From Dimorphilus gyrociliatus (Eukaryota; Animalia; Annelida), in NCBI GenBank assembly GCA_904063045.1, contig CAJFCJ010000004.1, forward strand, positions 432,195 to 496,194: a DNA stretch of 64,000 bases, written 5' to 3'. Both the position numbers and the translations under genes were made by a program. Below are positions 52,501 to 64,000 of the stretch, one piece after another. Under the pieces are notes generated by a model, which was not told where the DNA came from, did no database searches, and worked only from the letters and a program-made list of their open reading frames with translations. The first letter of the stretch is position 1. Each line of letters opens with the position of its first letter.

Positions 52501-54872
52501 ATTCTAAAGTATTTAAATATCAATTATTCAACTACTCGTAAAGTTTCTATATTTCTTGAATTATTGAAAAAACTCCTTTTTTTTAATTAAAATTAAACTA
52601 TATAAACAATATTTCTGAGAAAGTTCCATTAATTATATAAACAATTAACTTACAAGGCGAAAGAAAACTTATTGTATTTTTAATTGATTAATGTTGTCAT
52701 TTCTTAAACGTAATAGCTTGTATAAAAAGAAAAAGATAATAAGAGGTGATCAGCTGGCCAGGGAGACTGAGAGACAGAGAGAGAGAGAGAGAAAGAGATA
52801 AAAATAGGGGGCGGATAGTTTGTAATCCGTGATTGGAAACTTTAAAAGAGGATGGTAACAGATTGAAACGGGGAATGGAGGGCCAAATCGAGAAAATAAC
52901 TACATATTACGAATGCTTTAGGAATTTTAAATATTTGGACTTTTGGGAACTGCTTTTAAGTCTGTTCCGGAATGGGTAAAAAATTCACTTTGCCAAGGAC
53001 TAGAGGACGAATAGCATCTGTTGCTAAAAGTCTATTGTTCATTTTATTGCTTTTAACGACGGGAAATTTGAAGTAAATTGGGTGCATAGAAATTTTAACT
53101 ATTATCGTTCGTCCTCTTTCTACATTATTTAATATCCTTTTCTCTTTCCCTTTTATCCCTTTGCCCTCTTATTTCTACTCTTCACTAGCACCCTTTGAGG
53201 GTCGAACGTATAATCTGCTTATCCCATAAGAAATCAGCGATTTAAAAAAATTCGATTATACGTTAATATTTGCCAATTTTATAGAAAGCATAAAGGGAAT
53301 AGATAGGAGTGAAAAATGCCAACAATTTTGATGACAGCTCGAATCATCCTAGATATTATATGCCACCAACATGCGCAACTTCACTATTAATCCTTCCCCT
53401 CTCTCTTCCTGCCTCTATTCCTATCGATCTTTCTTTTATACATCCTCTTTTTCATAATGTGAAAAAAATTGAATACAATTCTTTTCTCTTTACCGCTTAA
53501 TTTTTTTTTTGCTTCTAAAGAGGCGATAAATGGGTATTGAGGGTAGACAGTGAGCAAATGAATGGAAAGAATTGTAATCAGCAAAGATGTACCTGCCTAA
53601 CTGCTCTGTAAGCCGCAGATTATAAGAAGTATATTTACCGTCGTCGCCCTCTAACGGATTATCCATTCCCATCATCTGAGACATCATTTGAACGAACTCC
53701 TTCCAATTAACCTTCCCGTCTCCGTCGACGTCTACTTCCGCAATCATCTCGTCGACGTCTTCGTCGGATAATTTCTCACCGACGTTTGTAAGCAAATGCC
53801 TCAATTCAGCAGAATCTATATAACCGTCACCATTAGCGTCGAATATTCGAAAAGCCTGTTCTAGCTCCTCCCTTCCCATGCATTGTTGACGGGCCATCAT
53901 AACAACAAATTCCTGAAAGTCGATAGTTCCGCTTCCGTCGACATCTACCTCGTTAATTTTATCGATTAGTTCCTGTTCGGTAGGGTTCTGACCAAGGGAT
54001 CTCATCACTGTTCCAAGTTCTTTCGTTGTTATATAACCATTATTGTCTTTATCGAATAATTTGAACGCTTCTCGGTATTCTTTCAATTCATCCTCAGTAA
54101 TTTCCAAATGAGCAAGATAGTCCTACAAGGGTGAAAAGCAGAAATTAAGACCACAATTTCTATTCTACTCATAGACTTAATGGTTCTACATACATGTTTT
54201 ACAAATGAATAGGTAAAAACAGTGTTTCCCGACTCTCCCATTAAGCTAATTATGGATGCTAAAGATATAAATAAAACAACTGACGCTAATCGACAATTCT
54301 GAAAAACTAGTTGTTCTAACGAATTATCGAAAACTGTATAGATCGATTCGAAAAACAGAAAAAAATCTTTTTTCTTTATGATGAATTGTCTCCCACAGGG
54401 AAAACGAAAACATGGCAAAAGAGATAGAGATAGAGATAGAGATGGATAAATACTTATATACAGTATATATATATATATAAATATATATATATACAGTATA
54501 ATGAAAAAGAAGATATATATACTGTATATATAGTACGTTGCTATATTATGGGCAAGCAAAAAATATAAGCGTCTTTTCGACGAGCATAACTAAGACTCCC
54601 CAATTATATATCGATAATCATATAAAGCCTGATTGCTAAAATACAAATGCATGTGTTCCGATTACTTTTATGTTTAAAGTTATTTTAAATGATTATTCTT
54701 CGTAAATGTATCACTCTTTTAATGAAGCTATTTAAGGTTTGAAATCTCGTCGTAATATTCAGATAAAATTGGCCAAAAACAAAAATAATAACGACAATTT
54801 GATCCTCTTTTTGTCTTTCGTTAAAATACCAACAAATGCAATTTATTATTTCTACCCTATGTCTCACTGTAT

Positions 54873-54915
<43 letters not shown>

Positions 54916-57900
54916 ACTCTCTCTTGCTCTTTCTCTTATAACATTCATTCATTGATTCATCCATTCATTGATGTTCTCATTCATTCACCCAGCCGTTTAT
55001 TCGCGTATCATCTTTTGTAAACGTGAGTAAATTTAGCGATTAGTCTATTATTAATTATTTAAGGAAAATAAACGATTATTACGAAATACATAGATAACAT
55101 GTTTGTAGTTTATTTATTGTGGTGCGTTGTGGGAAAGGATAAAAGAAAATATAATAAAAAAATCCTTTAAGCCTATATCGTGGATGTCATCATATTGAAA
55201 GATTCAACTAAAAAAATGGTAAAAAATAGAACACTATAATTAAGTTTTAACGTATTCATTTACGTAGTCAATATATTGATTTGCTAAGTAAAATACGTCT
55301 TTTCATTGAAAAGAGTTCATGTAAAAACAAAAAGACGAATATTATGAATATTAATGAAGGTGTCTTATTTTTATACCCAAAAAAAACGAATAACAATACC
55401 TTGAAAGAATGAAAAACAAAAGAAGAAAAAAACTTATGGATATAAAATGAAAATAAACAAATAATATTTTATATTCTTTTGTTTTAACAAATACGTTTGA
55501 AATTTGCATAAATAAACAAAATCTATGATCCATTTACTTAAATACAGATAATCATAAATAATAGAGAAAAAAGAGAGAGAGAGAGTTGAATTGTTATGAA
55601 TATAATTTTATTATCAAATTCCATTAAGAATTAACATAATAAAAGTTCTATTTATTTTAATATATTTATATAGTTAAGAATTTTTATAAAAGGGTAAAAA
55701 TTTCGAATTATCCCTTTATTCATAAAAATGTAATGTAGACTGTTAATATTGATTAGCATATGTTTAAATTAGCGTAGTTTTATGTCTATAAAACATACAT
55801 TTCTATGTGTATAAGCTTACTTATAGAACTTACTTACTAAGAAATCGGTTGTTATACAACCTAAATTCTAGACTAAACAAAATCTATAATAAATTCTTTA
55901 AGAAATCCCCTAAAGAGTTTTATTATTCTGTACTTGTTCATTTATAATAATATTTTTGCATATCTTTATTACATATGTTGCCTTGTTGTTATTACAACAA
56001 ATCAGCATCATTCACAAATATACATCTTTTAACTTTACATATTAGAATATATAATATAAAATCCATATTTTAAGGTTCACAATGCAGAAATAGCTTATAA
56101 ATGCCTTGTCATTATAAATAATAATATTCAATGAAAAATATAATCTGATATTAAGTATGATCCTTAGACCGGACACTCTGAACGTTAATCATATGCTCGC
56201 AGTATTATTATCTCATAAATACTTTAAAAAGGCGGAATAATGTTTGAAAAAAATGATCAAGATTATCTCATGATCTTTTTCTTTGTTAATAATCTATTTC
56301 CAATGCTTGGCCTTTCTTATTTACTTAATTAACTGCATTATTATTATTGTTATTATTATTTCGGAATAGATTTAATTACTTTTCCCTTTTCTTCTCTTGT
56401 AATCATAAAGAATATATTCTCATAGGGTAAAAAAGGAATTTTTCAGGATAAAAATTTTTATATGATGAAAATTTCATTCCGGTTGCAATTTTTCCAGCTT
56501 TTGCAGTTTTTTAACCTAAGCTGACTTTGCAGAAATAATACGGGCTGGACTTAGGCTGATATATCGATTACAGATGGCGCCTAATTCAAACTTTTTACAC
56601 TATTTTTAACGGACTTCTCTCCCTGTTCAGAGGCTTAATATTAAGCCTATATTATACCACGTAATTATTGCGTGATTAGTTGCTTCTTTCTCGAATTAAT
56701 TAAAATGATAATTTATCCGAAACCTCTCTTTCTCACCTTGAACTCTGTAGGCTAGAAATTCTGAACGAAATTATATAAATTACTTTTTATCGACTTAATT
56801 GTGCACCTAGAATAAAAACAAAAAGAACTTAAAAGAAGCTCAGGAGAGTTTATGTAAGACAAAAAGTAAAACAGTGACAAAGTTTACGAGGCGAAAAGAC
56901 TAAAGGAAACAGAACGAACAAGTAAAAAAAAAAGCAGGGAAACTGTGTCTTTCTCCAGACTAGCATTCACTTTTGTTAATTAAGGACCTTCTTTAATTAG
57001 CAGTCAGCTAAGGAACCATTAGATTATGATGCAGTTTAATAAGGCATACACTCTACTCAGAGTAAATATATATATATATACTGTATAGACATATATTCAT
57101 TTCAATGTGGTCCTTAGCTTATATTCAATATATAATTCCGTTCTTTTTTTAACTTGACAAGACCGTTGAAAAAAATTGAATACCAAAATTTTTCATCGAT
57201 ATATATTGACTGAAATTTCTCTTTGAAATCTAGAAAGAAACGATTTCTATTGTTGCAATAACAATTTAAAGAAAGGGCAGCTTATTTTGTTTTTACTTGA
57301 TTATAGACTGCTAAGTTATAAAAGCGCGCCAATCTTTATACTACCAATTGGACACTAATTGCTTACACAAAATTGTTTTAGGATACTAAAAAATTGTATT
57401 TATATATTTATATATCGTATATAAAGAACGTGGACAATATCAATTTCCCTTATTTTCTTCCTCCCCTCCCCTTCCCTCCGTCACTCTATCCTTTTCCGTT
57501 CATCTAACATTCCTTGTTTATAAATCTTTTTTTCTAAGTTTGACCTTTAAAGTAAAAAGTTTCTATTCTCTTGAATTTTCAAAAATATGATGATAAAACT
57601 TACACACACACAGTTCTTTATATAACATTTGTTTACTATGGAAAAAAAGTGAATGTAAATATTTTTTTCTGCCCATCTATCTGTCTCTCTTCAACTTCCA
57701 CTACCAACTTTGAAAGGCGCATTAAAAAAATTGTATGACATATAAATATAGAATGACAAAAACAGGAAACTTGCTGGTTGGTTTTCATTTTTGATGCTTT
57801 AGAAGGAGCCATCATTCATTTTTTTTAAATATCTATCCCTTTTTTTTCAGCCTTTACCTATACAAAAAATTTATAGTTTGACATTTGACTCTCTTTCTTC

Positions 57901-58599
57901 TTCTTCTTTTTTTCATTTATAATAAATAGTCAATTTTTTAACAGCGTGTTTCATTCGTTCAACAAAAAAAACACAGATTTATCAATAAGTAAACAATTCT
58001 ATACATACTTCAATAATCATATGTATAGAAAGAGTTTGTTCATTTTATATTAATTTATTATAGGTTTTTTTTAAAAGAAATTTCAGAAAAGAATTTAAAA
58101 GAAATATCTTTTTTTTATAAAAAAAAAAAGAAAAAAAGATTACAAGCTAATAAAGTTATTGCAGATATGTTAGAGACCACTTTCTTGATAAGCATCTATA
58201 CGTGGGAAATATATATATATATATTTATGAAAAATGTGTACTGAGCGTCTATTCAATACGATATTGGTAAAAATGTTAAATCAATTGAGAAATTTGATAA
58301 ATAGAGAAGAGCTTATGTAACTTTTTTACTTGTTAAATAAAACCTTACTCGTTGCAATTGACTATCTAATTAGACGTTATTTACAGTTGTTGTTTTTTTT
58401 CTCACTTCTTTTCTTTATACGTAAAATTAAGTAATAGCAGTAAAAGGCTTAGCTCATTTTCTTAATTGATACATTGTTAAAACAACGAATGAATGCTAAC
58501 TTGTTAGTTTTAAAGTTAGAATTTAAGTAATTACCAAAAAGACATAAAGATACAAACCTCAATCGTTTTCTGTTGATTCTTTTTACTGTACTTCGACAT
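49549..58599 (-). CDS. Calmodulin-like protein with four EF-hands and basic N- and C-terminal extensions, 3 exons, about 203 aa
   Basis: Exon 2 (54122-53639) is certain: EF loops [48 protein letters not shown]. Exon 1 (58599-58558; [14 protein letters not shown], phase 0) and exon 3 (49634-49549; phase 1, [28 protein letters not shown]-stop) are inferred from GC-rich coding-like patches with matching splice sites. Total 612 nt. Confidence 0.8.
54870..54930. repeat. (CT)n microsatellite
   Basis: Long ctctct tract. Confidence 0.9.
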
Positions 58600-59045
58600 G
58601 ACGCCGCTCGAAATGACGCCTCGACGCCCTGCCGGCGCCTGCTCCACAAACTCGTTCAAACGCGTTCGATTTTGCCTGCCGCCGCCTATAAAAAATTTTT
58701 TTTCACAGTGTAGAGAATTATTTCAAAACGAGATTCATACATTATTTACAATACGATCAATGGACAGTTGGCTGATAAATAATATAATAAGCTGACTATA
58801 AGCAATAAGCTGGGTGGACGCCCCGTCGTTGAACGTAGTAGTCGTTAGATGGCGCATCTGATGCAGATGCATCATGGGTAAGGAAAGGGTGATGAGACGG
58901 GTAGAACATTTAATTAGAACGATAGAAGGCAAGAGAAGGATTAGATATATACTTTCCTCGTTTATCGTAAGATCAAATATATTGGATTGTAAAACATATA
59001 ACTTTGAGTGTTTAGCTAAATTTCTTTACAGTTTAGGAATTTAGA

Positions 59046-59055
59046 GCGCATGCGC
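59046..59055. promoter_or_regulatory. NRF1/Erect-wing palindrome GCGCATGCGC upstream of the CaM-like first exon
   Basis: Exact consensus in an AT-rich background, about 450 nt 5' of ATG 58599. Confidence 0.45.
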
Positions 59056-60660
59056 ACAGAATTTACCAAAAATATTTCTTATTAGAATATTTTCCTTCCA
59101 TTTCTCATTCATTCATTCATTCATTTATTCTTCGACTCATTCTCCTTTCTCTATCCGCTCTGCGTTTATCCGAAAATAGATTTATCTTATAAGAAGAAAG
59201 AGGCGTACCAATTACTTTTTAATTCTAATATCTTTCTTTATTGAACTAATTAAAGCACTACTTTATTTAAATTCTAAAGCATACAAACTAATAATTTCAA
59301 AATGCTCAAGAGAAAGAGAAAGAGTGAGTTGGAGGGGGAAGAAAGATAGGTGGGGGCGGAGTAAAGGAGAAACGAAAGAAGAGGTTGAGAAGTGGAAAAG
59401 GCCTGGAGGGAAGGAAAGGGGCGGCGTATTCTCGTACGTATAAAAGGAAAAATTCTATTAACTCAACCATAAACTAAAACAATTGTTTCCTTTAAAAGGA
59501 TAGTGACAGAAAGACAAAGAGGAAGACAGGCAGATGGATAGAAAGCAAGTGAGAGAGAGGGGAGAGAGCTGGAAAGATCAAAGTTGACATAGATACTCTA
59601 CGTATTTCCTAGCAGATCGAATCAGTTAATAAGATGTAATTAGTATTATGTTGAAATTCTTTCTATAGTATATAAAACGATAACGAGAATCAAACAAATT
59701 GTATAAAAAAGTATGGGAAAAGGAGACGGACGTAACGAGGAGGGGTTCGTTCGGTTGTAGAGTAATTACTCTTCCCCTATTGCCGACCTACAGACCTTTC
59801 CTTCAAAATACGCAAGTCAGCGGCCGGATTAGTATAATAAAAAAGAGGGAGAATTATTCGAAGGATAAAGTCGGGAGACTGGAAATATCGTAAAGAGTAA
59901 AGAGAAAATAAGAAAAAAAAGATTTCTAAGCCGATCTCTGATCCGCTGATTCCCTTCTCTCGCCCCTCCTTAAAGAGTTTCTCTATATTCTCTTGGCCCT
60001 TTACAACAGAAATTTTTTTACAAGATTATTCAAAGTCGTTTTTGTCTAAAAAGGGTAGGAAATTCGGGAAGTAAGAAAAAAAAACCAATTCGGAATGTAG
60101 GTATGGAAGTTAATATAAGCTTGCAAAGGTTCTATTTGAAATACAACCGAGCTTCTTCCTTTACTTCCCCATTTACTTGTGTTTTCTGGTCGTATTGGGA
60201 ACTATACCTTCTCTTTTGAGTTCTTGAGCACAAATTGCTGCTTGAAGATATATCTTTTTTTTTTGCTAAGATAAAACTATTTTCATAGACTAACACATTT
60301 TGAAGATGAAAGAATATTAGATAAAACTTAGTTGAAGACAACAAACCTGAAAGATTTCGTAAACCTAAGTAGAATAATTGATGAGAGATGTATTTAACGA
60401 TATAAAGAAAATTTGATCAACTTTTTCCCCATTTTTTTCTTCATTAAGCAAAGTGTATGATATTTTTTCTCTCCTCTTCATAAACTAACCCCCAATGGAA
60501 AAAATCACCCTTTAAAAAACGGAAAGATAAGGAATATTTACAAGCAAGATTGGCTTTCCTATCTTACTGTCTGTCAATGTCTGTTGTAAGCGTCTTAAAA
60601 AGAACAGAATATTGTATACTGGAAAACAGAAAACATTTTTACTCTAGTTTATTATAACAG

Positions 60661-60790
60661 CGTCGAGCGTCGATCGAACGTTTTGATCGACGTAATTGCG
60701 TTAGGCGGGAGAAGGGCCAAAGTAAACGGCGTCGTTTGTATATAGAAAAACGCCATCTGGTGGTGCGGCGAAAAAGTCACGTTTCGGCTT
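60661..60790. promoter_or_regulatory. CpG-rich element with a CTCF-like motif, E2F-like sites and a short hairpin
   Basis: CCACCAGATGGCGT (minus strand, 60750-60763); GGCGGGA at 60704-60710; inverted repeat CGTCGATC/GATCGACG at 60668-60692. Confidence 0.4.
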
Positions 60791-63700
60791 ATTTAGAAGG
60801 GAACTCTGTGGAGGGCGGCTTGGAAAACAGATCGAAGAGGCATGGAAATAAATAAGGGTGGTGAGGAGGAGGGAATTGACCAGAAAAAAAGGGACAGGTG
60901 GAATTAAACTATTGGATGAAATACATAAATTGGAAAAGTGTTTTAGAAGGGTAGAAAGACTTGATCAATTATAACAGACGCTTCGGTAATAGTAAGAGGG
61001 TACTCGAAGGAACGCTAGACGAATATACGTATGGAAGAATTATATGTACAGAAAAAAAAACAAATACATATTTTCACTTACCTGTATTATGCTGGCTTTG
61101 TAGTCCTAATCACACAATGAATTTATTCTTATTTTTCCCAACAGACGAAGCCTGTACCATTGAAAAATTGATTTTCATATTAATCCCTCTCATCAATATA
61201 ATTTGCATGTAATTAATATTCACAAAAAAGGTCATTTACTCTTCAGCAAATGCCAAAATTATCAGCAAGATATTAATATAAAAATTAAAGGGAAAATTGA
61301 AAAATTTTTAAATTACTTCATGGCTTCCAATAATTTGTAATATGATGAAGGATGCTTAGGAAGAGAAGAGGATAAAAAAGATGGTACGAAATGAAGTAGG
61401 AAAATGGCAAAACGTCTTCCCTTCCTTAAACTAGGCCAAGTTACCCTTTTTTTTTTACCACGGTTCGCTTTTACGTGAAAAAATATATTGCAATTGAACG
61501 CGTGGGAAAAGGCTGGAAGCGTCTAACAACTTTTTTTGGAGCGCCTTCTATAGGCAAAATAAATTGATAAGTTCTAGATCAAGTCTACTGGAAGTCTAGC
61601 CACCTTTTCATCCGTGATAATACGTTGTCATAGATAGTATTTACACAAAAGTCATCTGTAATTAATTATGAAAGTGTCAAAAGCTGTGTATGTCTGCCAT
61701 AACTCTTTAAGAGAAAATACAACAATCGTTTTTATAAGAGACGAGATGGTTTTAAAACTTAGCATTTATTATTAATGAAAGGATACTTCAATTAGAGAAA
61801 CTGTTTGCGCTATTAACAACAAAAACGAAAGAGGCTATTTTATAATACTCATACTGCCTTCACAAGTTCTATTGTCACTTATCTCGTACCTTTTTTGTCA
61901 GGGATCACATGAAAAAAATTGTTTTTTTTTATACTTATAGAATGAGAAAGCTTATATATTTTCTTTAAAAAGTTACAGCTCTAAAATACGATATTAGAGA
62001 GACTTTACTCCTTTCTGTTTTATATAACACCCAGTCTAAAGTACCTTTCTAAAAACACAAAAATGAAACCGATTAGTATTTAATTAAGCTAAAAACATTT
62101 CCGATATTTTGACTAGAATTTTCCTTTCATTACGCACTATACAGTGAACAACTGAAAGGAAATAATAGACCGATAGTTTGTTTGAAATATGCCAGTTGAG
62201 CCGTGAAGTGTATCGTGAAGATGTCGGCAAATTCCTTTCAACTTGAGAATTCGTGCACGAGAGAAAACGTGGGCAACGGCTATATCTTGGTCTAATTATA
62301 AATTACAATATAATTATTAATAAGTCACATAAAGTTAACGATGTTTTTTGAAAGATGACAAAAATACTGTTTATACAATTTATGATTTTATCGTTTACTT
62401 AGACTAATAATATTAATAATGCTATTATTATTATTATAGTTTTTTGTGTAAATTATCTTATTATCTTTATTTTTCAACAAATACAATTTATATATTGTTA
62501 TATGGAGATTAATAAGACTGAAAAAACATTAGATTTTCTATTAATAAAATATATAAATACTTTATATAGTTTATATATTATTTATATATATATATATATA
62601 TATATACAGTACACATATATCTTTTTCTATTGACTTAAAAAGAATTGAGAGCTAAAGGATAGTTTAAAAAGAAAGAAGCTTCTCCATTGAAGTGTAAACA
62701 ACAATTGCAAGTTACAAATTCTTAAGGCTTTTGATGGCACGTTACGATGACGTAGGGAAATCGGTTTTTTTTCTCGCCTAGCTGAAATAATAGAAGGTTT
62801 AAGCAGGGGAAAAAATGGGAAAATAAGTTGGAGAACGAAAAATTGATACAAAAAAGAAATGGTAAATATTAGTATTGACTGTTGGTATAGTCAGAGTTCG
62901 TGCATCACACCTACCTAAGGGGATGGTAAATGGCTGGGGAGAAGAAGGAAGATAGAAAAAGAAGTAGGTCAACAATTAGAATGCCTCAACTCTATTTGAA
63001 ATTACCTTTAATTGGAATAAATGAAAATAGGAAAATTGGGGATAAGAAGAATTATGTAACATATAAATTGGAGGAGAAAGAACTGGGAAAGAATAAAAGT
63101 AGAAAGATTGGAGGCAGGAAGCAATTAATTCAAACTAAAGGAATCCTATAAATTCTATTGCCTTTTTGCGGCATAGAGGAAATATATAGGGAAACGAGTG
63201 AAGAGAACCGATTGACGACTATATTTGCAGTTCGGCAAACGGTTTTAATTTATTACACGCTCGACTTGGCAGTTTCGGATGACAGATTGCCCCATGTTTC
63301 AATGTATAATTGGGGAAAGTGAGAATAATTTTAAAGTTCATCAAATCAATATTTTCTCTATTTTAATTAAGTAAAAACTATCATTCTAAAAATAGAAAAA
63401 TTCGATATACTTTTCTATAAATTCTCCCATCCTTTTTTGTCACTCCAAATATGTATTTACAAACATTTCATACACACTAACATTACCCTATTCACAAGCT
63501 AACTTTATAATATATAAATATATGGTATTTTCTGCAAATATACTATATATATATATATATATTGTATTGTAATACTGGATATTCAGTATTCTGGAAATAT
63601 ATACAAATAGATATACATATATATATATATATATATATACCAAGTACACCTGAATATTTTTTAAAATTGCAGAAGCCTGTAAAAATATTTTGATATATAG

Positions 63701-64000
63701 AATACTCTTTTTTGCTGGTGAAAAGGAAAGAATAGTTGTCTACCCTAGAACTTAATTGGAATTGGGATTGTAGTAAAGGCCTACCTGCGTTCCTTTATAA
63801 GCATAAAAAAGGGGTGGAAATTTTATTGATTTTTTTTATTATGTATAAATCACTCTATCAAAACCTAATAGATAAAACTTGAAACAAAGAAATATGTGCA
63901 ATTTATTTACCGTTTCTCTCTCGTGAAGAGTAATGAATATTCCACAAACCGGTGTGTATTTAGAGATCTTCATGAAAGTACCATTTGAAGTGGATGGGCG

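Noticed and set aside
17532-55020. ORFs crossing microsatellites (17532-17720, 48934-49134, 54083-54559, 54685-54948, 54739-55020)
   Set aside because: Their ER/LS/YI-repeat translations come from stop-free simple repeats.
11520-63396. MEF2-like CTAAAAATAG matches (about 11520, 44712, 63387)
   Set aside because: Expected by chance at this AT content, and not clustered.
1-64000. CRISPR arrays, prokaryotic defence or operon systems, rRNA, selenocysteine or stop-codon read-through signals
   Set aside because: None seen; the DNA is intron-rich animal sequence and all modelled stops are ordinary terminal codons.

Overview
AT-rich eukaryotic (animal) genomic DNA with dense genes and mostly 50-100 nt introns. 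The gene set (IR25a, a true Olig, UNC93A, RNF11) points to a protostome, most likely a lophotrochozoan; the compactness is compatible with a miniature-genome annelid such as Dimorphilus, but that is inference only. There are no prokaryotic features, CRISPR arrays, rRNA or convincing tRNA. I rebuilt spliced models by hand, checking phase at every junction: Ir25a (+), ECHDC1 (-), small Maf (-) head-to-head with an 18-exon PLA2G6 (+), intronless Olig (-), a MYND-less ZMYND8-like reader (-), an orphan ORF (+), a 13-exon NKCC/SLC12A (-), an intronless orphan GPCR (+), a two-BIR IAP-like locus (+), RNF11 (-), UNC93A-like (+), and a calmodulin-like gene (-) whose first and last exons lie about 4 kb from the EF-hand exon. 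Best leads: (1) the small Maf-PLA2G6 divergent pair mirrors human MAFF-PLA2G6, with an ARE/MARE cluster in the shared promoter; (2) a probable GA-AG non-canonical intron in UNC93A; (3) twelve TATAC[A/T]GTATA motifs that look like Tc1 excision footprints, plus a Tc1 IR-DR remnant; (4) a CaM-like protein with polybasic N- and C-terminal tails; (5) a candidate ankyrin-only PLA2G6 terminal exon. All homology calls come from recalled family motifs, not database searches.
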